Source: Chthoniobacteraceae bacterium (lineage in GTDB: Bacteria > Verrucomicrobiota > Verrucomicrobiia > Chthoniobacterales > Chthoniobacteraceae). Taken from it: a DNA stretch of 13,008 bases. Both the position numbers and the translations under genes were made by a program. Location of the stretch: contig JANNWY010000169.1 in the NCBI GenBank assembly GCA_031409335.1, positions 1 to 13,008 on the forward strand, written 5' to 3'. Below are positions 1-7,310 of this stretch, piece after piece. The stretch's first letter is position 1. Each line of letters starts with the position of its first letter. The notes under the pieces were generated by a model. That model ran no database searches and was not told the DNA's origin. It worked only from the letters and a program-made list of their open reading frames with translations.

Positions 1-1353
1 GCCGATGGCGCGCACGTCGCCGATTTGCCCGTGGGCACGATGAACGAACACGCCCTCGCGTGGCATCCGGACGGAAGGCGGCTTGCGGTCGGCGGTTCGG
101 ACCCGCGCATCCAAATCTGGGACGTGCTGGCGAAACGCAAAGTCGCGAGCCTGGAGGGTCATGTGCAGCAGGTAACGGCGCTCGGTTTTCATCCGGGCGG
201 CAGTCTGCTCGTCTCGGGTTCATGGGATGCCATCTACCGGATGTGGGAGCCTTCGTCCGGCCGCCAGGTGCTGCAGTTTTCCCACCCGCTCAGCTCGTTC
301 GAGTTCAGCACCGACGGGCGGTGGATCGGCGCATTTGCCAGAGGCGATGTCGGGCAGCTTCTCGAAGTCGCGGCGTGCCCGGAATATCGCACGATCGTCA
401 GCAACCTCGGCGCGGCGGAAGACGGGTTTTTCGATGGTGGCATCAGCCCGGATGGCCGGTTGCTGGCGATGGGCATGCACGATGGGGTGCGCGTTTGGGA
501 AATCGCCAGCGGTCGGGAAGCGGCTTTCCTCCCGATCCGCCGCACGGCCTCGGTTTTTTTTCAGCCGGACGGGCGGGAATTGATCACCTGCGGCGACACC
601 GGCCTGCATCGCTGGCCGATCCCCGAGCGCACGGACTCCGCGCAGTCGTTCCAGTTGGGTCCGTCGCAAAGAATGACGCTGCCTTTTGTAATCCCAAAGT
701 GCGCCCGCCGCAGCCGGGATGGCCGGCTCATCGCCGTCACGAGCGAAGAGTCGGGCGTCGCGCTGGTCCTGGACGCGGAGACCGGCGCGATGCGGACGCC
801 GCTCCTCGGGCACGAGCGCGCCGGATACGTCGCGTTGAGCCCGGATGGAAAGTGGCTCGCCACCTCGGGCTGGCATTCGCCCCTGCTCCGCTTGTGGAAT
901 ATCCAGTCGGGAAAGCTCGCTCACGAATGGAGCAGGGGGACGCCTCTCAGCATCGGCTTCACACCCGACAGCCGCGAGCTGGTCTCGATGCTCATGGAAG
1001 AATGCGGCTTCTGGAGCGTCGAAACCTTCCAGCCGGTGCGCCGGCTGCCCCGGAACGCCTCCGCTTATCCCACCCCGGCCGCCTTTTCTCCCGATGAAAA
1101 ACTCGTCGCCGTGGAAGTGACGCCCGGCGTGATCCATCTCACCGACAGCGCGACGGGCCGCCTCGTGGCCAAGCTCACCGACCCTTTCGCCGATCGCGCC
1201 ACCTGGATGAGCTTCACGCCCGATGGCACGCAGCTCGTCACCGCCTCGATGTACGCGAAGACGATCCACGTCTGGGATCTGCGCCGCATCCGCGCGCGGC
1301 TGAAACCGATGGGGCTGGATTGGGCGTGGCCGGCGTTTCCGGCAATAAAGTAG
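1..1353 (+). CDS. WD40-repeat beta-propeller protein, 5'-truncated by the window; probably the C-terminal part of a Ser/Thr protein kinase-WD40 fusion
   Basis: Frame 1 is open from base 1 (ADGAHVADLPVGTM...), so the real start is upstream. Many WD40 blades: AWHPDGRRLAVGGSDPRIQIWD, LEGHVQQVTALGFHPGGSLLVSGSWD, ISPDGRLLA..VRVWE, LSPDGKWLATSG..LRLWN, FTPDGTQLVTAS..IHVWD. The tail WDLRRIRARLKPMGLDW resembles the end of PVC kinase-WD40 proteins (recalled). The kinase domain itself is not visible. Confidence 0.9.
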   Translation, partial: ADGAHVADLPVGTMNEHALAWHPDGRRLAVGGSDPRIQIWDVLAKRKVASLEGHVQQVTALGFHPGGSLLVSGSWDAIYRMWEPSSGRQVLQFSHPLSSFEFSTDGRWIGAFARGDVGQLLEVAACPEYRTIVSNLGAAEDGFFDGGISPDGRLLAMGMHDGVRVWEIASGREAAFLPIRRTASVFFQPDGRELITCGDTGLHRWPIPERTDSAQSFQLGPSQRMTLPFVIPKCARRSRDGRLIAVTSEESGVALVLDAETGAMRTPLLGHERAGYVALSPDGKWLATSGWHSPLLRLWNIQSGKLAHEWSRGTPLSIGFTPDSRELVSMLMEECGFWSVETFQPVRRLPRNASAYPTPAAFSPDEKLVAVEVTPGVIHLTDSATGRLVAKLTDPFADRATWMSFTPDGTQLVTASMYAKTIHVWDLRRIRARLKPMGLDWAWPAFPAIK

Positions 1354-1414
1354 TCCCCGACTTCAGTCGGTAAAAGCGTGGCCACGGGGTGACCGACTGA
1401 AGTCGGGGACTACT
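1349..1414. repeat. REP doublet (REPIN-like hairpin), family A copy 1
   Basis: Perfect 23-bp inverted repeat AGTAGTCCCCGACTTCAGTCGGT (1349-1371) / ACCGACTGAAGTCGGGGACTACT (1392-1414). Each arm is GTAG plus an internal palindrome CCGACT-TC-AGTCGG. The 20-nt spacer contains the palindrome CGTGGCCACG. This is the typical GTAG-family REP layout. Confidence 0.85.
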
Positions 1415-1463
1415 CCCGCTACGAGCGTCGCAGCGACTCGCGCCCACAAAAAATGCGGCGCGC

Positions 1464-1498
1464 ATGATACGATCTGCGCCCGGAATTCGCATGAAGGG
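1464..1498 (+). promoter_or_regulatory. Conserved bipartite upstream motif, copy 1; candidate ECF-sigma promoter
   Basis: ATGATACGAT-CTGCGCCCGG-AATTCGC-ATGAAGGG, ending 2 nt before the ATG at 1501. The same blocks with the same spacing recur at 5191-5225. Confidence 0.65.
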
Positions 1499-1500
1499 AC

Positions 1501-3894
1501 ATGAAACTCTTCTTCACCGGATTCCTGCTCGCGAGTCATCTCCTGGCGGCTTCGCTCCACGCGCAATTCACCTTGCGGATTTGGAACAATCCCGGGACCG
1601 GCGACTGGTTTTCGCCCATCAACTGGAGCGGCGGCGTGCCGACCCCCTCGGACTTCGCCTACATCCGCAACGGCGGCACCGCGCAGATCACCGCGCCGGG
1701 TGCGAATGTTCGCGCGCTTTTCCTCGGCGACCTTGGCGGCGTCGGCAGGCTGCGCATTTCCGGCACGGGCTTTTTGACGGCGCAGGAGAGCATTTGGGTG
1801 GGCACCGATGGGATTGGCGAAATGGTGCTTTCCGGCGGCGGCAGGGCATTGAGTGACGGGGGCGTCGTGGGCCAATCTTTCGGCGGAAATGGCGCGGTGA
1901 CGGTCACCGATCCAGGCTCGCGGTGGACGCTCACTGGCTTTCTCCATGTGGGATTGGGCGGCACCGGGATTTTGGATATTCGCAATAACGCGGTGGTGTT
2001 ATCGAACGATGACATCCTTCTCGGCCACGATGGCAGCGGCATTGTGCAAGTGCGCGATAACGGCTCTTCTTTGGAGGCCGCTCACCTGGCCGTCGGTTTT
2101 CACGGCTCCGCGTATTTGGAAATCAGCAACGGCGGCTATGTGAATTCGTCGAATAGTTCGATTGCCGTTGCCGGATCGCCACCGGCTCTGGGACAGGCCG
2201 CCACGGCGCTGGTCACGGGCGCCGGGTCCCGCTGGGATGCGGGTGCTCTCACGATGGGCAGCACTTTCGGCCATCGCGCGAAGTTGCGGATCGAAAATGG
2301 CGGAACGGTCAACACCAGCGAGCTAATCCTGCGGCCGGGGGCGGAACTCGAATTGGGAAGCAACCCCACTCTCACTGGCCTGCTGAGAATCTTCGGCGGA
2401 GGCGCCGTTAGCACCTTCGCTCCCGTCGCCTTGTCCAACGCGGTGGAACTCAACTCGGGCAATCTGCAGATCATCAACAATCCGGACGGCGCGACTCTCC
2501 ACGGAGTGATCTCCGGCAGCGGCGGGCTGATCAAAGCGGGCTTGCCCGGAGTGGGCGAGGGGCCGCTCACGCTCACGGCGAACAACACCTACACCGGCGC
2601 AACCATCGTCGATCAGGGCGCGCTGCTCATCCGCGGCAGCCTCGTGAGCGCGACGACGGTGAACGATGGCGGCACTTTGCTCGGCACGGGGACGGTCGCC
2701 GCAGTGCAGGTGAACGGCGGCGGCGTGCTGGAGGCGGGCATCCTCGACTCCGGCTTCGGCACGCTCACCGCGAGCGCCGTGTCGTTCGCCAGCGGCGGTA
2801 TTTTCCGATGGGATTTCCACAGCGGCACCGGTGCGGCGGATCGGCTCGTGGTCAGCAACGGCGGCCTTTTTCTCGATGCGAACTCGGCGTTCGTGCCGAT
2901 GGATCTCGGAAATATTTCGCTGACCGGCGCGCAGAGTTTCACCGTCATCGACAAACAGAGCGCGGGTTTCGCGAGCGGTAATTTCGCGGGCTTCGCGGAA
3001 GGCACGCGCTTCGACCTCGGCGCAAATCGTTTCGCCATCAGCTACCGCGGCGGCGACGGGAACGATGTCACGCTGACGACCATCGTGCCGCTCGTCTGGG
3101 ACAGCGGCGGCGCGAGCGACCAGTGGAGCGACGGCGATAACTGGGCCGCGAATCAAGCGCCCGTGAATGGCGATTCGCTGGTCTTCGGCAGCGGCGTGCG
3201 CACAAACACGGTGATGGATTTTCCCGCGCTGAGCGTGGACGACGTGAGCTTCATCGCGGGTGCGCCCGCGTTCACGATCCACGTCGCAGAAGCCGGCGCT
3301 CAGCCACAGCTGACCATCAACGGCGATCTGACGAATGCGAGTGGGATCGAGCAAACGCTCGTGGCGGATGGAGCGAGCGGGCCGGGAAACTCCGGCGTGG
3401 TCACCATCGCCAGCAACATCATGACCGGGCCTTTCGCGCTGATCGCACGCGGACCCACGGGTGCCGGCCCAAACGGTGGCGTCATCCAATTCTTCGGCGC
3501 GGCGGATGGAATCACGGCGCGGGTCATCACGGAGCCGGGATCTTATTTTGAGTTTGGGGCGAGACTCGGCAGCCTGCGGCTTGGCTCGATCGAAGGCGGA
3601 GGCCTGGTCCTCATGGGCGGCAATCCGCTGCTTGTCGGCTTCAACAACCTCGACACCGAATTCTCCGGCACGCTCGCGGGCGGCGCGCTGGCGCGGCTGG
3701 AAAAACATGGCACCGGACGGTTGATTCTGTCCGAATCCAACACCTACGGCGGCGGTACATTTGTGTCGGGCGGCATCCTCGAAGTCCGCGCGCCTGCCAA
3801 CGGTCTGGGCCTCGGCAATGCCTTCATCCAGGGTGGGAGCGAGCTGGTGTTCTCCCACTCCGCAGTCGGCGACTTCCAGACCATCAGCGCGTAG
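1501..3894 (+). CDS. Secreted autotransporter-passenger-like beta-helix protein (T5SS/PEP-CTERM-associated repeats and autotransporter-associated beta-strand repeats); N-terminal 797 aa of a gene split by an in-frame TAG
   Basis: Signal peptide MKLFFTGFLLASHLLAASLHA. WNNPGTGDWFSPINW cap. Repeats such as GAVTVTDPGSRWTLTGFLHVGLGGTGILDIRNNAVV (TIGR04393-like). GGLIKAG..LTLTANNTYTGATIVDQGAL and LEKHGTGRLILSESNTYGGGTFVSGGILEV (TIGR02601/PF12951-like). The ORF stops in the middle of a repeat. Confidence 0.85.
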   Translation: MKLFFTGFLLASHLLAASLHAQFTLRIWNNPGTGDWFSPINWSGGVPTPSDFAYIRNGGTAQITAPGANVRALFLGDLGGVGRLRISGTGFLTAQESIWVGTDGIGEMVLSGGGRALSDGGVVGQSFGGNGAVTVTDPGSRWTLTGFLHVGLGGTGILDIRNNAVVLSNDDILLGHDGSGIVQVRDNGSSLEAAHLAVGFHGSAYLEISNGGYVNSSNSSIAVAGSPPALGQAATALVTGAGSRWDAGALTMGSTFGHRAKLRIENGGTVNTSELILRPGAELELGSNPTLTGLLRIFGGGAVSTFAPVALSNAVELNSGNLQIINNPDGATLHGVISGSGGLIKAGLPGVGEGPLTLTANNTYTGATIVDQGALLIRGSLVSATTVNDGGTLLGTGTVAAVQVNGGGVLEAGILDSGFGTLTASAVSFASGGIFRWDFHSGTGAADRLVVSNGGLFLDANSAFVPMDLGNISLTGAQSFTVIDKQSAGFASGNFAGFAEGTRFDLGANRFAISYRGGDGNDVTLTTIVPLVWDSGGASDQWSDGDNWAANQAPVNGDSLVFGSGVRTNTVMDFPALSVDDVSFIAGAPAFTIHVAEAGAQPQLTINGDLTNASGIEQTLVADGASGPGNSGVVTIASNIMTGPFALIARGPTGAGPNGGVIQFFGAADGITARVITEPGSYFEFGARLGSLRLGSIEGGGLVLMGGNPLLVGFNNLDTEFSGTLAGGALARLEKHGTGRLILSESNTYGGGTFVSGGILEVRAPANGLGLGNAFIQGGSELVFSHSAVGDFQTISA

Positions 3895-3906
3895 CCCGCG
3901 AGCGTC

Positions 3907-5223
3907 GTGGGTCAAAATGGCGGCCTCCTTCGTTTCACCGACTCTGCGAGCGCCGGCCGCCTCACCATGGTGGCGGAAGGCGTGGCCGCTGGCTTCAACG
4001 CGGGCCGCATCCTCTTCGAGGAATCATCGAACGCGGGAACCTCGACGAGCATCGAGTTGCAGCCGGCGAACGGCACGAACGGCTCGCCGGGTACGGTCAC
4101 TTTCACCGGCAGCGCCACGGCCACGGGTGCGACGATCACGAACGGCGGGCTCACCGAGTTTCTGGAAAGCGCGACCGCGGGCTCCGCGACGATCATCAAC
4201 CGCGGCGCGGCGGTGAACTTCGGTGTTCCGGGCCAGACAACTTTCCAGGCCAACAGCACGGCGGGCAGCGCGATTATCATCAACGAAGCCGGCGCTGCGG
4301 CGAATCGGTTCGGTGGCAAAACTTTCATCGGCTCGAATGCCGGCACTGCTCAGATCACGGCGCGCGGGGGCGCGTTCCCGGGCATGGAAGGACAGGTGAC
4401 ATTTGTTGCCGGAGGCTCGGCCGCTCAGAGCACGTTGACCGCCGGCGGCATGAGCGCGGTCGGTGGCAGTGGCGGTGTGGTGCTTTTCACCGGGGCTTCC
4501 ACGGCGGCGGACTCCACCTTGCTCGCGCAGAGCGGGCAGGTGCCCGGAGCCACCGGCGGCTTGATTATCTTCATGGGGGCGTCCAGCGGCGGCCTCGCAC
4601 AAGCGACCATCGAAGCCGGTGCGCGCCTCGATATCAGCAGTATCTCCATGCCCAGCCTCACTCTCGGCTCAATCGCGGGTGCGGGCGCGTTTTTCCTCGG
4701 CAGCAAAGAACTGATCGTGGGCGGGAACGACGCGAGCACCACGCTTACCGGCATCATCACCGACGGAGGCGAAGTCGGCGGGACCGGCGGCGCGCTGACC
4801 AAGACCGGCGCGGGTGCCCTGACGCTCGAAGGCATCCATGTTTACACCGGCACGACGACGGTGCTCGAAGGCACGCTGAACGTGGATACCCCCCTGTATG
4901 ACGCGACCATCGAGGTGCTCGGCGGCGTGCTGAACGTGACCGGCGAAGTGACCGGCTCCGCGATCCTCGTCGCACCGACCACCGGCACGGCCACCGCGAA
5001 TTTTCACAGCAGCCAGCAAATCGAATCGCTGACGATCGGCGAGGGCGGCGTGGCGGTGCTCGGGGAAATGCTGCCGCCCGCACCGGCCGGGCTCGCCGTC
5101 CCAGAGCCCGGCACGCTCAGTCTCTTCCTGATCGGAATGCTGCCGTTGCTTCGCCGACGGAGCGCACCGCCTCAAAATTCTTCCGCGCGGATGATACGAT
5201 TTCCCCGGGAAATTCGCTTGTAG
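3907..5223 (+). CDS. C-terminal part of the same beta-helix protein, carrying the PEP-CTERM sorting signal; probably not an independent gene (frame is open from 3895)
   Basis: Same reading frame as 1501..3894. No signal peptide and no RBS before GTG 3907. Continues the SASAG/STAGSA repeats and has LTKTGAGALTLEGIHVYTGTTTVLEGTLNV. Ends with VPEPGTLSLFLIGMLPLLRRR. Confidence 0.75.
   Translation: MGQNGGLLRFTDSASAGRLTMVAEGVAAGFNAGRILFEESSNAGTSTSIELQPANGTNGSPGTVTFTGSATATGATITNGGLTEFLESATAGSATIINRGAAVNFGVPGQTTFQANSTAGSAIIINEAGAAANRFGGKTFIGSNAGTAQITARGGAFPGMEGQVTFVAGGSAAQSTLTAGGMSAVGGSGGVVLFTGASTAADSTLLAQSGQVPGATGGLIIFMGASSGGLAQATIEAGARLDISSISMPSLTLGSIAGAGAFFLGSKELIVGGNDASTTLTGIITDGGEVGGTGGALTKTGAGALTLEGIHVYTGTTTVLEGTLNVDTPLYDATIEVLGGVLNVTGEVTGSAILVAPTTGTATANFHSSQQIESLTIGEGGVAVLGEMLPPAPAGLAVPEPGTLSLFLIGMLPLLRRRSAPPQNSSARMIRFPREIRL
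5098..5160 (+). other. PEP-CTERM exosortase sorting signal
   Basis: VPEP, then a hydrophobic stretch GTLSLFLIGMLPLL, then RRR. Confidence 0.9.
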
Positions 5224-5225
5224 GG
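5191..5225 (+). promoter_or_regulatory. Conserved bipartite upstream motif, copy 2; candidate ECF-sigma promoter for the 5280-11383 genes
   Basis: ATGATACGAT-TTCCCCGGGA-AATTCGC-TTGTAGGG, 54 nt upstream of ATG 5280, overlapping the tail and stop codon of the PEP-CTERM gene. Confidence 0.65.
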
Positions 5226-5279
5226 GAAAACAGGCCGCGCGGGCGGCTGCCAATCCTCACCAACTGCATTCCAACACAC

Positions 5280-7241
5280 ATGAAACACCGCATCCTCATC
5301 GCCGCACTCGCGAGCTACCTGCTCACCAACCCGCTCCCGACATTCGCCGCGCCACCGCTCATCAATTACCAGGGCCGCGTCGCCGTCGGCACCCCGGCGG
5401 TGAATTTCGAGGGCACCGGGCAGTTCAAGTTTGCGCTCGTCGATGGCGGCGTGAATCAGAATGTCCAGGCAACCGCATCCGCCCTCGTCTTCGCGATCGA
5501 TGGGAGCATTTTTTCCATTCCGGTGACGACCGGAGGATCGGGATATGTTTCCGCCCCGGCGGTGACGATCACCGCGACCGGTGGTGGTTCGGGGGCGACC
5601 GCCGTTGCGACCGTCACCGGTGGAGCAGTGACGAGCATCCAAGTCACGAACGGGGGAAGCGGGTATTTCACCGCTCCCACAGTCACCATCGCGCCCCCGC
5701 CGCCGAACATCTTCGCCACTGCCTTCTGGAATAACGCCGGGACGGTTGTTGGGGTCGCACCCGCGACCGAACCCGCCACGGCGGTTTCTCTTCCGGTCAC
5801 CAAGGGCCTCTACTCTGCCCTCCTCGGCGATACGAATTTGACCAATATGGCCGCAATCCCCTCTGGCGTCTTTGTCCGGCCCGACTTGCGCCTGCGCGTT
5901 TGGTTTAATGACGGCGTCAACGGCTTCCAACTCCTGTCGCCCGATCAGCGGCTCGCCCCCGCCGCCTACCTCGCGGACGGCGCGGTCACTTCCACGACCA
6001 TCGCCGATGCCGCGATCACTTCCGCGAAAGTCGCCGCGGGCGCGATCACCGGGACCCAACTCGCCTCGGGGACCATCGATGCCACGCGCCTGTCCACGCC
6101 CGGCAATCCATCGGCTGGACAGGTTCTCGGCTACAATGCCGGCAGTCTCGAATGGATCGCCGGTGGGCCCTTTTCCTTGAATGGCACCAATGCATTCTAC
6201 AACGGCGGCAAGGTCGGTATCGGCACATCGACGCCCGCCGGCGCCTTGCAGCTCGCGAACGGCGGTCTGGCGATAACCGGGGCGAGCAGTCCGTTTACCG
6301 GAGCCGGCCAGGGTTTGTTTCTGGAAAGTAGCGGCGCGACGGGTGGCGTCTTTGCCTTCAACTATACCAACTTCACCCCGCTGCCTCTGCTCCTGAACGC
6401 GCCCGGCGGCAACGTCGGCATCGGCACGCCCACCCCGACGGCCAGGCTCCACATCTCAGGCGGCGATTCGTTAACGCATTTGATCGAAAGTGTCGGTCCC
6501 AACGGGGTGTGGACGCAAACGCGCTACAAGAATGCCGCGGGCGAGTGGGCCATCGGCACCACCCGCGATTTCGCTGGCAATCAGTTTTACATCTATCGCG
6601 GGACCGGCGTGGCCTTGGGCATCCAGCCCAATGGCGATACGGTTGCTACAGGTGACTTGACGGGCACACGCCTTATCCTGCGAGCAGATACGGACGCCCC
6701 TACAAACGCCGCAGTCCTCTGCTACAACGCGGCGGTCACGACTTTCGTGCCGTTCAGTAAGGCCAACAGTCGCCCGTTGAATCTTCTCGTGCGCGACGCT
6801 TCTGTGCGCCAGTTGACCATCTATGGTGGCGCCGACCTCGCTGAGCCCTTCCACATGAAAGAGGGAGAGCTGGAGAAAGGCTCGGTCGTGGTGATTGATG
6901 AAGAGCACCCCGGAAAGTTGAAACGCAGCACCGGGGCCTATGATACGCGCGTAGCCGGCATCGTCAGCGGAGCCGACGGCCTAAACCCCGGCATCGCCTT
7001 GCACCAGGAAGGCGTGGTGGAAGGCGGGCAGAACGTGGCGCTGAGCGGGCGCGTCTATGTGCGCGCCGATGCCACCGGAGCGCCGATCAAGCCCGGCGAT
7101 CTCCTCACCACCTCCGACACTCCCGGTCATGCGATGAAGGTGACGGAACACACGCGAGCGCAAGGCGCCGTCATCGGCAAAGCCATGAGTTCGCTCGACG
7201 AAGGAACCGGCATGGTGCTCGTGCTCGTGACCTTGCAGTAA
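5280..7241 (+). CDS. Secreted phage tail-fibre-like protein with C-terminal peptidase G2-type intramolecular chaperone/autocleavage domain
   Basis: Signal peptide, then PPLINYQGRV..FEGTGQFKFALV. Two GGSGY.xAP.VTI repeats. Four decapeptide repeats LADGAVTSTT/IADAAITSAK/VAAGAITGTQ/LASGTIDATR (5970-6089). Two VGIGT.TP fibre motifs (6213, 6414). C-terminal GADLAEPF...VAGIVS...VALSGRVYV...IKPGDLL (from 6828) resembles the DYAE motif domain of phi29 gp12 (PF11962-like). Confidence 0.75.
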   Translation: MKHRILIAALASYLLTNPLPTFAAPPLINYQGRVAVGTPAVNFEGTGQFKFALVDGGVNQNVQATASALVFAIDGSIFSIPVTTGGSGYVSAPAVTITATGGGSGATAVATVTGGAVTSIQVTNGGSGYFTAPTVTIAPPPPNIFATAFWNNAGTVVGVAPATEPATAVSLPVTKGLYSALLGDTNLTNMAAIPSGVFVRPDLRLRVWFNDGVNGFQLLSPDQRLAPAAYLADGAVTSTTIADAAITSAKVAAGAITGTQLASGTIDATRLSTPGNPSAGQVLGYNAGSLEWIAGGPFSLNGTNAFYNGGKVGIGTSTPAGALQLANGGLAITGASSPFTGAGQGLFLESSGATGGVFAFNYTNFTPLPLLLNAPGGNVGIGTPTPTARLHISGGDSLTHLIESVGPNGVWTQTRYKNAAGEWAIGTTRDFAGNQFYIYRGTGVALGIQPNGDTVATGDLTGTRLILRADTDAPTNAAVLCYNAAVTTFVPFSKANSRPLNLLVRDASVRQLTIYGGADLAEPFHMKEGELEKGSVVVIDEEHPGKLKRSTGAYDTRVAGIVSGADGLNPGIALHQEGVVEGGQNVALSGRVYVRADATGAPIKPGDLLTTSDTPGHAMKVTEHTRAQGAVIGKAMSSLDEGTGMVLVLVTLQ

Positions 7242-7300
7242 GTCCCGCGCCATCTCCACGCGAACCGCTGCGCCATGAAATTAAAGCTCACTCACAGAAC

Positions 7301-7305
7301 GGAGG
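7301..7305 (+). promoter_or_regulatory. Shine-Dalgarno site for the ATG at 7311
   Basis: GGAGG 5 nt before ATG 7311. Starting there gives a normal-length lipoprotein-type signal peptide. Confidence 0.7.
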
Positions 7306-7310
7306 ATCCT

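Larger units (their letters stand above)
1501..5223 (+). pseudogene. Full-length 1240-codon PEP-CTERM surface protein gene with a single internal amber codon (nonsense allele, read-through or base-call error)
   Basis: ...ACC ATC AGC GCG TAG CCC GCG AGC GTC GTG GGT CAA... reads TISA*PASVVGQNGGLLRF. Signal peptide at one end, PEP-CTERM at the other, and no other lesion. Confidence 0.6.

Noticed and set aside
60..1269. Long alternative-frame and antisense ORFs over the WD40 gene (60..1097 +, 220..1269 -)
   Set aside because: Arg/Gly/Ala-rich shadow ORFs expected at high GC; no motifs, and they fully overlap a well-supported gene.
1349..1414. Rho-independent terminator after the WD40 gene
   Set aside because: The stem is strong but has no following U-tract; it is better explained as a REP doublet.
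3892..3894. Pyrrolysine or genome-wide TAG reassignment
   Set aside because: No pyl genes or tRNA in the window, the protein class is not a known Pyl user, and three other genes end sensibly at TAG.
2323..6452. Long antisense ORFs 2323..3915 (530 aa) and 5172..6452 (426 aa)
   Set aside because: Mirror frames of strongly biased sense genes, with no recognisable domains.
5280..7241. Prophage, tailocin or diversity-generating retroelement target
   Set aside because: The protein has a signal peptide, no other phage genes are present, and I saw neither a reverse transcriptase nor a template/variable repeat pair differing at adenines.
7275..7310. Upstream ATG 7275 as the start of the BNR protein
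   Set aside because: ATG 7311 has a GGAGG RBS and gives a normal signal-peptide length, so 7275 is less likely, though not excluded.
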